NCBI RefSeq assembly: GCF_000743755.1 | Contig: NW_014569510.1 | Coordinates: 1 to 51,456 of the forward strand | DNA length: 51,456 bases | Direction of reading: 5' to 3' | DNA from: Blastocystis sp. subtype 4 | Lineage: Eukaryota | Shown here: one piece after another, positions 21,733-37,414 of the stretch | How positions within the stretch are numbered: the first letter of the stretch is position 1 | Layout: each line of letters opens with the position of its first letter | Translations under genes and position numbers: made by a program | Notes under the pieces: model-generated | Database searches by the model: none | Seen by the model: only the letters and a program-made list of their open reading frames with translations | What the model was told of the DNA's origin: nothing

Positions 21733-24700
21733 ATGGAGAACGATTTGGTATCTAGGACAATCCAGTGTGTGGAAGTCCTTTATAGTCCAACTAGTACAAA
21801 TGTCCAAAAGAATGAAGCGAGTTGTTTTCTTAATGATCTTTCTAACTCGGAACAGGCTCAGATGGTAGCAATCACGATTATGAGCTCTCAGAATGAGAGT
21901 TGCAGTGAGTCTGGAGATTCATGTGTAGATGTGACTCTCAATTCTCGATTTTTTGCGGCAAATCTACTTATGAAGACTGTTGAAACTTGGAAATCTGTTC
22001 CAAACCAGTCTCAGACAAATCTTATTCATTTTATGGAGTCGTATCTTGTTTCTAACATTTCTGTTAGCATTGACATTTCACAGTGATCCATAGCTTGGAT
22101 ATTCTTGTAACTTGACATTCGTTCGCAAATTTGCTCATGTGTTTGCCTTTTTGATGTCAGTATGCTGGCCAAGTCAGTGGAAAACCTGCATTGATACACT
22201 TACCAAATGTGTAGGAAAGGGAAGTGTGGTTTCCTGTAGATTCAGTGCAGCTCACAACACTTATATGTGACTATTCAGATCCTTTATTACTTTTACACCG
22301 ACTTGAACGGAAACAAAGAGGAAGGCAATTATGTGAATGGACGAAGGAAACGGATCAAATCGTTTTTGCCCTATGTTGTGAATATTATTACAATCACTCG
22401 AGATGCTATTCAACGATTGCCCGCTCCATCAAATCCGAGTGAGAGTTTATTGTATCAGGAAATCCAAGTGACATTTATTCAATCCTTTATTCAACTTCAG
22501 AATGTCGTAGGGAATGCACGACATTGTTCCCATTAGATATCAGAAGAAACTCTTCTCACATGTGTTCCCATTATGAATTCTGTTGTAATCCCTTTAATGA
22601 ACTCATTTGATTACATTAACGAGTGCTTATTATATATAGGGGCATTAGCTGAGTACTCTCTAATGTTGATTTGAATGTAGACATTCATATGCAAAGGAGC
22701 ATCGATCTATTGTTAAAGAGTTACTTAGCTTTCTCAACCAAATTGAGCGAGTTCTTCTCAAACAATCTCTGAATGGAGAGATCTTTCAGCTTCAGAAACA
22801 GTTTGCAAGTATTCTAGCTAGTTTTGTGAAGGTTCAAATGAAACAGTTCTTTCCATTACGATCAGATGAGGAAATCCAACTGTATAGTGATCTCTTCAGT
22901 ATGGTAATTCAAGGAATTCTTATACCTTGTATGAAAAGTGAGACAGAACTGATGAGTTGTGTTCAGTTGTTACTTCCATTAGATGAACATGATAAGTCTG
23001 CGAAGCAAGAGTCTATGTGAGTGATTATACTTATTTCTAGAGCAGTTCAACAAGAACGATGTATTGAATTGATGAACACTCTGATTCAGTGCTATCAAGA
23101 ACATACGATCACTTCACCGAAGTTTCTCCAAATCACGTAAGAATAATGATGATGAATGATGGTAGTGGATTGGAGTATGAGAGTCAAGTTCAATACCAAC
23201 ACGATTTTCATGATTTGAAAAAGAGTATTCGAGATTGTATTTGTGGAATAACGAAAATACAACCAATAATTGTGTTATCAACTCTTCACGAATTGTACAA
23301 CGATATCAAATGAATGATACTTAGGTTCCATTCACCTTCTCTCCAAGATCCTTCTTATGAAGGTGCGATTCTTCTCTTGATGAAAGGATTTCTCGAAGGT
23401 CTCAAAGGTTCACCCAATTTGATTGGAATCTCAAACATGGAAGTAAAGAGCCTTTTTCTCACTCTTCAGTCGTATTTGTTCTTTGGAAACTGTTCGAGAC
23501 GAAGTGAGGTTTTACAGAGTTTGGGACTACTCTCTAATTTCATTTCATTGTCACTTGTAAGAAGAAGAAATGATTGATCACAAGAATGAGTCTCGTGAAG
23601 TGATTGAACCACTGTTGTATGTATTGGAGAATCATACTGATGAATCTGAGTAGGAATTCGTTAATTGAATCAGATTGAGTGTTGTATTGGAGAATGAAGT
23701 GGCTAAGTGTATGAAGTCGCTTATTTACAGCCAGTTGATTGTATATTCTCAACAGTATCACCAATTGCTTCCTTTTCTGTATCGTCTTATGGTCCATAGT
23801 AATCTTCCTGATGTACCTCGTTCCACGGTTATTCAATGTTACAGTATGAATGTTCCTCTCTCCTACTGTAGTCTTATTACTAATGCAACAGAATGATCAG
23901 TCACTTCGAATGGATCATTTAATATCACTTATCTCTGACTTTAGTGAGTTGTTGTGATCATTTGGATTCACTTTAAGACTTCTTCTTACACCTGAAGCAG
24001 CTCGAGTCTTCTCTTCATCTGATTCTTTTCGAAAGTATTTTGATTCGGAGTAGGATTCGATTGGACTATCAATAAACAGTTTGTGTGGTTTAACAACAGT
24101 AATTACGGCTCTAAATAGTCTGTGTGAGATTGTTACATCTATCACGCTGTTTGAGTTGAGACTACAGATGAATTGGTGTGTATTTAAGAAGATTCGTTCA
24201 TCTCTTCTCTCTCTAACGCGTACAGTCTGTTCTGTCCTTCTAGTTCCTGCAATGAATGAACCTGTTGTGTGGTGTGCTTGTACCCAAAAAGAGTTATCCA
24301 ATCAACACGCTTCATCACAATTCCCATGGTGTGAGAAGGGATACTATCTATTCAAGACGGTTATGGTAAGAAATACGTTCAGTGGTTATTGATAGAGATG
24401 CTGGAAGGAATTCCTGTTGAATGAGCAGAATCACAGTGTTGAGTTGTTGGAAGAATTGCAAGTACACCTCCCTTTTCTCTCTGATCTAGGGGATTCTCCA
24501 TGACTATCTTCCCTCCATGAGGGTACTATTAGCACAAGATACATTGATGTCTGTAGTGATTCCGTATGCATTGTTGAATCCTCTGATTCTAGTGTGTACT
24601 TGTCATATCCTTCTTCTCTTCCTCTCAGTACTCTCTCTTCATATCTCCTGACTGCTTTCACTGCGATTGATACTTTGATGCATCAATGTTCCATGATTCC

Positions 24701-25572
24701 TTCATGTATGTAAGCATCCTTCCTTTTAGATATAGTGACATACTATCAGTTATCGAATGAAGTTCTTGATATCATAAACAAGAATAATTATTCCTCTCTT
24801 TTAAACTCAATCTCAACTTTGTTTCATTATACTGTTGGATTTACAATGCGTGATATGTCTTTGTCTCTTATGAATCGTCCATTTTTAGTATTTGCAGATA
24901 TTTCGTCAGATACTGTGATGATGATGGAGAGTCGACGAGTCGATACCCAAACAGTGATTGACGAGCGTATGTTTTTTTTGTAGTCATCAATTCAAGGTGT
25001 GTCGATAATGAAACAGCATTTTCGTACTATTTGCATGCAGTCAAATGAATCACTTCATAAAACAATTATGAACATTATCCTACAGATTTTGCAGTCTGGA
25101 ACCCTGTATGGATTGATGTTGAGTTATATTTAAGGCAACCTGTGCAAATACTCTTCATGTTTCTATTGACGTATCTACGATTGTTGGATCAAATCGAAGC
25201 GGATTTTATGCACACTGTGTTTACAACTGTATTAAAATTGTATCTTACAACTCATGGAGATCGATGTGTAAAAGCTGTATTTTGAATTGTGAGTTGTAGA
25301 AGGAAATCACGCAAATCTGTCTCCAGATTCTGTCCTCTGTTTTGCAATATGGTCAGGCTTTCCAACAGGATGGAAGTGTGTTAACTGTTGATACGTTGAT
25401 TAGTGACATGATGACAATTCTTCCTTGGAATAAGGGCGATATGCGAAGCATAGTGTTAGAGATCTTGAAGGAACCGAACGAAAAGAATCAGATTCTGGGT
25501 TTCCGAAAGATCCTTGAAGGAGCTAAGAAAGCATATCAAGAAAAAGGTGTACCATATTTTGTGTCAAATTGA
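21733..25572 (+). CDS. Importin-beta family karyopherin, exportin-5-like
   Basis: N-terminus VEVLYSP...KNEA..FL, RFFA..LL...V..W, K.A......WPSQW (Xpo1-type domain). Many short introns and helical HEAT-like composition. Confidence 0.65.
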
Positions 25573-25806
25573 GAATTGATTTTGCACTATCTGTCTGTTT
25601 CGAATCCTTTTCACACACTCGTTATCAAACTTTGTGAAACAGTTGGACATTGTTCAGTTATCCTTTTACGATACGTATTTTTTAAACCGCCTCTTTCGGA
25701 GAATCATTGTTTTGTTTGTTTGAGAATTCTATCTCATCAATTTCTTCTTTTTGTGGTTAGAAATAGTCCACAACAGGTCACTGGCTCATAATTACGGTTT
25801 GTGAGA

Positions 25807-26960
25807 ATGTCAAGTGAAACAAGTGATTTGTTAAATAACGTTGTAGTTGCTGTGAAATCGAAAGGAAGGAATAGTTCAATGACTCCGACTGGAATAATAG
25901 TGTGGTTTTCTCAAATGGTTTGAAGAATAGTCGGATCCTCTTCCTTCTCAAACATATGCCTCAACAAATAGAGGAGGCGGTAGCACACATCCTGGGGCTC
26001 CGGAACCGAAGTCACGTAAAGCAAAGTCGTTGGCCTATCTGGCTACAGAGTTTGTCCGTTTGGTTAGGGTACTATTTTTTGGTCGCCTGGGAGGTGTAGA
26101 GTCAAGAGAACGAGACAATTGATGTACTGTATGCGGCTGGAATGTTAGGAGTGGAAAAACGACGTATCTATGATATTACAAATGCACTTATTGGTGCAAG
26201 CGTTCTTCAGAAACTAGGGAAGAGCAGTTACAAATGGATGTCGTGAATGAGGTTCTTGTTGATGCATAGTGGTGGTCAAGTGGGAAACAGTAATGATGAT
26301 GAAAGTGCATCGTTCGCTTCTCAGCGTGATGCGATCGAAAAGCAATGTGCTGAGTTGGATCGTTTAATTCGCGATTTCTCTGCTTATCTTGAGAATACAG
26401 TAGAGATGAGTCCGGATTATGATCTCTAGTACTACAATAATCCCAATATCGTCTTGTCAACGGAGGAATTGGTAGCATCATGTCAACAAACAGAAAATGC
26501 ACAACCGCATCAAACAATCATTGCAGTAAGTGCTCCTCCAGGTACGGTTTCTCTCACTGTGTGATATATAGGAACGGACGTATATGTAACGAATAATGAG
26601 CGAGGAAGAGATAATGAAATCTTCCTTTCCTCGTCGGGAGGTGAGATCCGTACATATCTTTTACCATCCTCTACAGACACTTCCCAGTTGTATCCTCCGA
26701 GTATCCCAAACACTCCGATGAGTGCCCCAGGGAATCCGACCACTCTAGCTCCTGTTGCACCTCCTCTAACTCCTCAGTTAGCTCCGACATCTGGGATTGG
26801 TAGGAATGAATGTGTTTGATAAGAGATAGTGGCTTCGACCCCTCCTATGGACTTCAATCTCTCACAAGCAGATCCATCCCAAATGTTGGAATTGGGTGGA
26901 AGAGTCACTCGTAGGTTAGGCTTTTCAAATGACTATGGTCTTCAGGATCTTTTTATCTGA
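25807..26960 (+). CDS. E2F: E2F family transcription factor
   Basis: RKAKSLAYLATEFV...AAGMLGVEKRRIYDITNAL...KSSYKW, coiled coil, IIAVSAPPGT marked box, C-terminal DYGLQDLF (Rb-binding-like). Confidence 0.9.
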
Positions 26961-27022
26961 TATTTGTACGCTTTGTTTGTTTTCCACAATTCTGCTGATT
27001 TTCGTTCAACGCCAAAATCTTG

Positions 27023-29760
27023 ATGTCTACGTCATCTGTGGATGCAACACAAAGCTGTGAAGCTTTGCTTCAGAATTTAAATGAAGATTATCAAGTATAG
27101 AAAGAACTCGAATACAATAGACGTAGATCATCCCGATGTTGAAGACAGCTCTCCAGCGAGGATGGTCTACATCCTTCATGAAAAGTTTGAATTCATATGT
27201 TGACGAGAAGGAACAGTGTGTTTTATTTCGCTTGTTGATGAGTAGCATTATTCAAGATATTTGTAACAAGAACTACATGCAGTTTTGCGATAGTATGGAT
27301 AATGTTATCACGATGAGACGAGATGTGAAGGATTTGAGTGTATTTCGAAGTCGGATTGAGTGAATTTCTAGAAGAACGTCACAGATTTCCATGATGAGAT
27401 ATCATATGCGGGGAGAAAGTGTTCTTGGATTATTACAATGAGATTTAGAGCCCTAAAAGAAGCAGAAAGATTTATATCTCTTCAAAAGACACATGATCAA
27501 ATAGAGAAGGCTTGTGATGATTTAATAGTGTTTGATAATCTCGTTGTTCTAGCTGAACGAGTGACAAACCTTGTAACTATCGTAGAGAAATATGAGTCAA
27601 TAGGTTGAAGAGGAGAAATTCTACTTGGCCTTGAAGACATTAGATACGCTCAAGACATCATTGAAAAGTGTTCCTTCATGTCGTCTCACACGCAACCTCG
27701 AAGCTTTCATCAAACCTCAGACCGATCTTATCTTAGTTGTGCATGAATGTGTCCTTAATCTCTAGGAGCGAAGTCGCCAGTCATTCTATAAGTGGTGTCG
27801 TGAGATCAACCCAGTGTGTCGGATGATCGGTGAAGCTAGTATGATCCGAGCCTTTAATCGGAAACAACAAGAAGGAACCGTAAAAGGAAGTGAGGGAGGG
27901 AGTGTGTAGTTAGGAATAGAGAAAGAGGGAATCGAAGATATTCTGGAGAAGGTTGATCTGAGTATCATCTTCGAATTCCAGCATGTTTTTGAACATGTCG
28001 GAAAACTGCCTGAATTTAAGCAAATGTACATTGAGCGACGAGAGGTACAAAATCGGGCTATTTATGACATTTAGCGTCAATGTGATTTTGAAGTGATGAC
28101 ATCAAAGAATCTCAAGGCTATGAGTACAGATCAATTCTGTGAACTGTATGTACTATGAGAGAATGATGAGATAGTCTGAATGGAATGCTGTATACAAGTA
28201 TTGGATTCTTCTATGTGGAGGAACACATGCAACGAGGATCTCTGTTGTATAGTGATTCAACACATGTCTTGATTATCATGCGATATAATCACTAGATGCA
28301 GAGTCTGTTCTCAACACAACTGCAAGTTCTTACTGAAGCATTACAATACCATATGTCTATGATGACACGTGTGGATGAACTGCTGTCAGTTGAAGTGAGA
28401 GTACGATGCCTTGATAAGTGATAGACAAGTGTGTGGACATATGCTGATGTGATGAGTGGACAGCCACTGTTGTTTAATGTTGAGAGTATTTATGATATGC
28501 GAAGCCAGTTAGTTGAGCAGAGTGTTGCGATAATTAAAAGTTCTGTTGTTGTGTATGACAGATGTTATGATGTGATTCATAGAGAGATTGGTGATGCAAT
28601 TGAGAATGATCGATTGAAGTTGTATGTGATTCATTCTGCTGAAGACTATTTTGGGTCTATTGCCAAATTCCAATTACTTGATGAGGCTCCTTCTGTGCTA
28701 TAATTCATTCTTTGTCATTGTTAGACCTATCCTTATACTTGTTCATTCACTTCCACTCTTCCAACGGTTCTTCAAGCTATTTCACGAGCAGTGTATCGTT
28801 TGACGCAAGTGACAGCATCTCTCGGTGTGACAGAGAACTACGCTCCTCTGTATCTGCTGGTAAGTTCGATTCTGGATGCTGTGGAGGAGGCCTTGATGGA
28901 TCAGCAGAATGATCTGGATGAATCTGCCATTGCAGAAATGGCGACTATTTCGTTGAATTGGGGTGCGTTCGCGAAGTCTGTGGATGCATTACAGCGAATC
29001 CTACTGTAACGATGAGAAGAGGCATTGAATGTAGAGCCAGTGATGAGAAGCAAACTGGAGGCAGTATGTCACTTGACAAAAAGAAGCATGATTTTATCAC
29101 TCGTCAATCAAGATTGCAGGATAACATTGTGGAGGCAATTCAGACCCACTGTGATGCAATGTTGGAGGGATTGGAGGATGAGGATGAACTGAATGCCAGC
29201 TCACCAGCACAGCAGCCACATGAATGTGTGCAGAACCTTATCAGCTACCTTAAATCGACCTTTGATATGATCTCATTCCTTCCTCGAGCCATCCAGGAAG
29301 TGTGTCAGTTCACTACTTGTCGTCATATCGCTCAGTTCTTCCAGAAGATCCTTACTGAGGGTGAGGGACCTGTGAGTGTGGTAGGAATCTTCAATCTGAA
29401 TCTGGATTTGCTGAGCTTGGAGAGTTTCATTGAGGAGTTGGATGTGGCTGATCTAGTGTATGAATGAATCATGGGAATGAAAGGTAGACAATGCTTTACT
29501 GATATCCATCAGTTGCTATCTCTATTGTTGTCTGGAAGCATTGTGGACATTCTGGATGATGATGTCCGTAATGCACGATATCCGTTAGTGGCTATTCCCG
29601 TTGGATTATAGGATTGGATTGAGTTTAGATTTTGGTCGGCGTGCTGGAGCGAATTAAGGAGGTGAACAAATTGAAGATGGGAGGGAAACGGATGATGATG
29701 CCGGTTTTGAAGAAGAAAGATGTGGATTATGTCTTGCAACAGCTGCAGGAGTTGATGTGA
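27023..29760 (+). CDS. SEC15: Exocyst subunit Sec15/EXOC6
   Basis: IQDICNKNYMQF.DS, FYLALKTLDTL, IGFFYVE, LISYLKSTF, F.TCRHIA, NLNLDL..LESF; ~30-nt introns. Confidence 0.85.
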
Positions 29761-29891
29761 TAGAAATGTTTTCTAGAGTGTTTGTTTGATAGAGTGGGGA
29801 TCCCAATTCTTGGATGTTGGCATGATTTCTCAATTCCATTTCGTCCAAAACGCAACAAAGTGACGATTCTTCAAGATTACTGACATTCTAG

Positions 29892-30170
29892 ATGTTTAAA
29901 GCCTACAATGGAGTGATTGTACCTCAACTCTTTGGTTTTCTCAGTATCGTATTTCTCGTGCTTGGATTACTGTTCACTGGAGTCAACATCATGTAAGTGG
30001 ATTTCTGAAGCTTTCATTGGTAGTGTTACGCAGAAATCCTCCTCCTTCGTGAAGGTAGGTTTAACTGCATCAGAATAAGGAAATAGGATATTGCTCTCGG
30101 TCTTTTGGCTTCGGTATTCCTCGGCTTGGGATCCTTCTTCTTGCTTCAGTGGTGTGGTATTTATGTCTAA
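29892..30170 (+). CDS. TMEM258: Oligosaccharyltransferase subunit OST5/TMEM258 (absent from the ORF track)
   Basis: Three exons: MFKAYNGVIVPQLFGFLSIVFLVLGLLFTG...DIALGLLASVFLGLGSFFLLQWCGIYV*, with the typical ...W.GIYV end. Confidence 0.85.
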
Positions 30171-30319
30171 CTGTGTATCTGTAATGAATGGTTATGGTGT
30201 TTGTTCATTGACACAAATTGTTACTATGGATGTGTTTATGATCCTCCCATTAGTTGTATAGAGAATAGTAGAACACAATCAACAATTAGCTCTATGAAAG
30301 GACTTTCATGTTTTAATTG

Positions 30320-33300
30320 ATGAGTGATTTGCCTGTATTGGATCAACTTATTTCCAGTACCAGTAGTGATAAAAATAAGTCAGGAGGAACTATAGGGTCA
30401 GTGAAGGACCTGGAAGAACAATTGAGCCTGTTATTCGAAGTAGTTTCTGTAGTTTATTCAAATGGATAGAAAACGCACAGGATTCCTTCTCCAGGTGACC
30501 ATGTCTATTTTCGGTCATTCCCTGAGTTTTCGATCTTGGCTTGTGATATCGCTTCTAAATCACTAGCCACAGTACAGACAATCATTAGTAAAGTAGGGAA
30601 ATATGCAAAATCGTTCCATAGTACTTTCCTACCTTCTTTGAAGATCTTCATGGTTATGACGATCTTTCGTCAGATGACAATTTCAGTATCATTCATTGTT
30701 TGCTTTCAGCCATCTTTTCTTGTGTCGATGATTGTATGAAAGAGGAAGCATCATTCTCAGTCAAGAGTGATTCTGTATGGTTGTCTATATTTGTACTGAA
30801 CGTTTAGAGTTCAGATGCTTTCATAGAGCCCATGGGTGATGGGACGTTTGCCTTTCTTCCATATGTGGTATCTCAAGATATAGAGAAGCCTCAAACTCAT
30901 TTTGATCATATTGTGAGTAATGATAGCACCGGTTTTTCGCCTTCGCTAACGGTGAAACATAATAGCAAGAAGGAACTGAGTGTAAATAATTGTACTACCT
31001 CAATAAATATGTTTTTGATGGAGGATTATGCGAGACAGATCGGAGTGGATATTCAGAATTCAGAAATGCATAGTTATTTGAATCCTTATGCATTTGAAAT
31101 TAATCGTGATTCGATATATTGAATTGTTATGTCTAGATATTGTGTATCCAGACTTCGAAGACAAATCACCTGAAGTCATTCGTGAACCACTTCCACTGAA
31201 TCTGTCTCCTTATACCGTCCTCTCTACAGAGGATGAACTCCAATCCCTAATAGTATTACTGAAGCAGGTGAATATGATTGGTTTTGACATCCGTCAACAT
31301 ACATACCGCAGTTATCTTGGTTTCATATGTGTTATTTCTGTATATTCCATCTCTCATTCTCATTGGTAGATTTCAACGTATGACTGTGATTACATCATTG
31401 ATGCTCTTTCTCTTCACAATGTCTTATGGAAACTGAATGATGTATTTACGGATGAAAGAATCGTGAAAGTGTACAGTGGTAATGATTCTCTGCTTCTAGC
31501 CCTCCAGCGTGATTTTAATATTTTTACAGTCAATCTCATCTCCCTTGCACAGGCAGCGAGAGTGCTGTCTTATGGAAATGAATCAGTGAAAGGTTTAATG
31601 AATCGATTCTGTGGCGTGCATTATACTTTGCTGAGTAGTGGATGTGACTGGCGTTGTCGTCCTTTGACTGAAATCATGATCGAAGACTGTAGGAGAGAAA
31701 CACATTTCATGCCATATTTGTTTGATATGATGAGAAAACGACTTATCGAGAGTTCTCCTCAGAGTCTCAATCTGGTAAGAATTAAGGATATTTTTGTCAT
31801 TCCAAGATTCATGATGTTATTGCTCGAGGGAACGAATCTTCATTATTGACATATGAAAAACCTATCTATTCGTACGAGACAGGATCATGGCTAATTCCCA
31901 AGTATTTATGAGAGGAGAGAGATAACGACTAGAATGGGCTTGTTACTAAGTACCGAGCAGAAGCATATGTTCCTATCTCTCTGTTATTGGAGAGACATTG
32001 TAGCCAGAGTGTATATCCTGACTGTTGTGTTGAGCTGTAGGCTTGATGAATCTGCTGAGTTCATTCTACCAATCGATGTGATTGTTCGTATTTCTCATGT
32101 TCTCCCTGTGGATACCATCGATAGTCTTATGGCATTACGTTCTCCTGAAATGCAATCACGTATACCTCAAATCCGGGAGGTATGGAGTCGTGTTCAGCAA
32201 GTGAAAACGGGGAAGATGGCTGTTTATGCAGTCCTTGTTGAGGAAGTATGTCGCAAATTCTTGGTTGGTATTGAAAGGGAGTTTCATTGTTAGGGTTGTC
32301 CAATCGAAACTTGCCAACATTACTTATCAGATAGCTATGTAGTTGATGAGGTATCACTTGGAAGAGTCAATGAAGACGCTGTCCATGATAATGAAGTATT
32401 CCCGTGTACTGCGCCTGAAGCAGTGATGCAACGTCTTATCAATCATGGGACCTTTAAACACATTCACTGTAACATTAATGCTTAAGTTTAATTGAAGCTG
32501 GAATCCATAAAGACGAAGGGTATTTATATTACAATCCGAATTCTCTCCCTTACAACCCTTCTGCTCCATTACGCAACACAGTTCCATTCATTCCACTCGA
32601 GATTGATAACCAAGGTGTTCGCATCAGTAATTTGATTCCTCCAGAGTATGTGAACAAGGATATTCGTGCGTATGTTGAGGAAGTGAATCGTTCTCGAACT
32701 CCGCAGGATATTCAAGAAATGAATTTTATCAAGGAGAGTTTGGGTCTTGCCACCATATCGAAGAATCTCATGATGCTTGGATCTGTATTGGATGATGATG
32801 CAATCTCTTTGTCTTCAGATGAAGAGAGTCAGATGGATGAAGAGTTTAGAAACAACGTACAGGAAGTGGAGACAGAAGAATATGTTCCTCACTATCCTCC
32901 ACGGACTCTTCGTGAAATCTACTCCTTACCTCATAAGAATCGCGGGGATTTGAAGGATGGATTAGCAGTGTCGAATAAGGAGATTGCAGAAGTATTAGGT
33001 GTGGTTCACACCAATGAATTGCCTCCAGAGGAATTGGATAAGTTGTTGACAGAAGGAGCTACGGCCAGTCTGTCAGATGTATGTCTGAGAGGAGAGGGTG
33101 AGAGGTAGATGGAATTCCTGGAAGCAATTGGCTGGACCTCGAAGGTGGAGGATCTGGAGCAGGTGTTTGCATTTGATTCCCTGCCTAGTGGAACCGATGA
33201 GGAACGAATCTCTTCTACTCCGTAGATGTGAAGGAAGGCGTTGAGAAGTAGATTGAAGTTATTCCAGCGAGAGGAAAGTGAGAACAGAATGTATGGTGGC

Positions 33301-33462
33301 AGTATGTTTGAAACGCGTGAGGAACCCAATTATGGATCCAATCGCGAGAATGAACGAAACCCACGTGGAAATCGCCAAGGGAAGTAGGGTTTGAATAGGA
33401 TCTTGATGTATAGTCGTAAGTATGGATCGAAAGGATCTCGAAGAGATGGAACAAGAAAGTGA
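30320..33462 (+). CDS. RRP6: RRP6/EXOSC10-like exosome cofactor with a degenerate catalytic site
   Basis: PMC2NT DHVYFRSF, IEKPQ..F...VSN, NPYAFEI, HTYRSYLG, DWRCRPL, HRDC WRDIVARVLDES..FILP. Confidence 0.88.
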
Positions 33463-33557
33463 CTGTACTGTCTAGAGCATGTTTGTTGATTATGAGGGAA
33501 AAAAACCACAATAGGTTAAAATCAAAAAGAGGTGAATCTTCCGCTGTGACGATATCG

Positions 33558-35360
<1,803 letters not shown>

Positions 35361-35387
35361 CATGTGTGTTTGTAAAAGAAACACAAA

Positions 35388-36092
35388 ATGGAAGGAGTTG
35401 CCCTAACTCTCTCTGATACTGCAGTAATTCTTCTTGATAGCGAATTTTATCATCTTCTGCCATCTTATTGTACACCTATCAATGATCTGAACGATCGAAA
35501 TCAAACCTGTTTCTCCTCTTCAGGAAGGTTTCTCCAAGCAGCACCAAGAAGTCTACCAACTAGACAATCAAACAACAGACCAACAGACTACTTTCTCCAA
35601 TGGATGCGTCTCGATTCTGTGCTTTGAATTGAGGACGAAACTCTTTACTACAAAAATAACTAAAACAAGTGAAATCCACAAAAAGAATGTATAGGGAACA
35701 GCAGCAGCACGTGGTGCTCGAGGATCACGTTTCTTTTTCTTCTTAGGACCATTCCTCTTTTCCATTTCAGCAATCTATTGATGATAATAGCCAAGAATAG
35801 GCACTTGAATCATTCTTGCGCGATCACGATTGGCTTCATCCTCGATTGCCATCCTTTCATAGCGATCTCGTTCTGAAGGTTGTAGGCGTTCCCACTCTTC
35901 AACTAGTAACTTTCCAAGAGTTATATGACTAGCACTTGCGTTACATTGCCAAATCTATCATGGTAATACAACTAAATTTGTACTCTTTGCCGATTCATCC
36001 CAGCAAACACCATAAAACCAGATAAGGCAGGTCGTCCCTGATTCCCTCCCAGTTTCTCTACAAAGGACACCATCATCGCTCTTTATACTCAT
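35388..36092 (-). CDS. Tandem HMG-box protein; stop probably completed by polyadenylation
   Basis: Box 1 RPALSGFMVF...LGK....WERL...ERDRY. Box 2 KRDPRAPR...Y.FF...LLGAAWRNL...YNKMAEDDKIRYQEE. Ends T35388-TTTG-TGTTTCTT. Confidence 0.82.
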
Positions 36093-36159
36093 CAATGTAA
36101 AAACGCCTCTAAAAGAAGATACTGGCAATTCCGAGACAAATGTTTGAAACAAACAAATA

Positions 36160-37347
36160 TCAACCCTTTGTGAATGAAGCAATACCAAAGTCACTGTACA
36201 TCTTTCTACGCATCACTTCTTCGATGAACTCCTTTAGATTCCCATTTAATATTCCTTGGACATCATTATCTGTAACTCCATAAATATGATCCTTCACCAT
36301 ACTATATGGGTGCATAATATATGATCGAATCTGATTACTCCAAGAATTGTCGTCTTTGCTCTCATAGACTTCTCGTCTCTTTGTCTCTTCGATTTGGCTA
36401 TTCTTCAGATCCAATTTCGCTTGGAGCAACTCCATAGCCATTTGCATATTCTGATGTTGATTCCGCTCATTTTGGCATTCCACGATAATACCAGTTGGAA
36501 TATGTGTCAGACGAATGGCACTTTCGGTTTTGTTCACATGTTGACCTCCAGGTCCAGAAGAGCGAAATCGATCCACTTTCAGGTCTTGAGAGCGAATCGC
36601 CGACTTAGTCGAATTATTAGTGATTAGAGGAGAAACAGTCACGGAAGCAAAGGATGTGTGACGACGACTGTTCTTATCAAACGGTGATATCCGAACAAGA
36701 CGATGGATTCCAGTTTCTTGCGATAGATAAGAACTCACTTCATCACCATCCACACGTATAACACCCGCTCGAAGTCCACTTCCTTCCATTTGACTGTCGA
36801 CAATTTTGCATTTCCAGTTCATTTGCTTTGCAAAACGCTGATACATCTCAAACAACATTCGAGTCCAATCACTAGCATCCTCTCCTCCTGAACCAGAGTG
36901 AAAGTCGAGGAATGCAGTCGTATATATTCCATTGGATGCATCTACTTGTCATCTCTCCTCTATGTCTATACGTAATTGCGCCATACTAGTTTCCATCTCT
37001 TGCGTAAGATGGAAGGATTTATTCATTTCTTCCTCCGTTATTTCCTGCGAATCAGGATCTCCTTCACAACACTCTATATTTACCAAACCAATAACACTAT
37101 CTACCATACATCTCCTCTAGATCCGATATGCCAAGTTTAGTATCCCAAATCTCTGGCTATGCCATAATCACCTTAAACCATTTCCTACTTCAAAAGAAAC
37201 AAATTTACGATCTGCTTCAGCTATTTTCTGAAGATTACCAACAAGAACCGAGTGTTCCTTGGTAATCGCCTCAAAGGACCGTGTTGAAAAGAAGACTCGA
37301 TTCCCAAAGCAAATCGAAGGCTTCAAGAAACGAGTAACTAAATACAT
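36160..37347 (-). CDS. prfB: Organellar peptide chain release factor 2 (PrfB-type)
   Basis: GSGG.DA.DW..ML..MY, ETGIHRLVRISPFD (SPF), GPGGQHVNKT, QIRSY. Presequence MYLVTRFLKPSICFGNRVFFSTRSF. Confidence 0.9.
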
Positions 37348-37414
37348 GCAAAAGCAGAACTAATAGTCATAATCATCTCTTCATATCTGGGATAGTACTG
37401 GAAATCCATTCAAT

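Noticed and set aside
27726..27765. U12-like branch box TCCTTAAT in a Sec15 intron
   Set aside because: The donor is GTTGTG rather than RTATCCT and the length is 30 nt, so it is treated as U2-type.
32011..32040. ATATCCT inside an RRP6 intron
   Set aside because: The frame-preserving intron is a 30-nt GT-AG starting GTATATCC with no U12 branch box.
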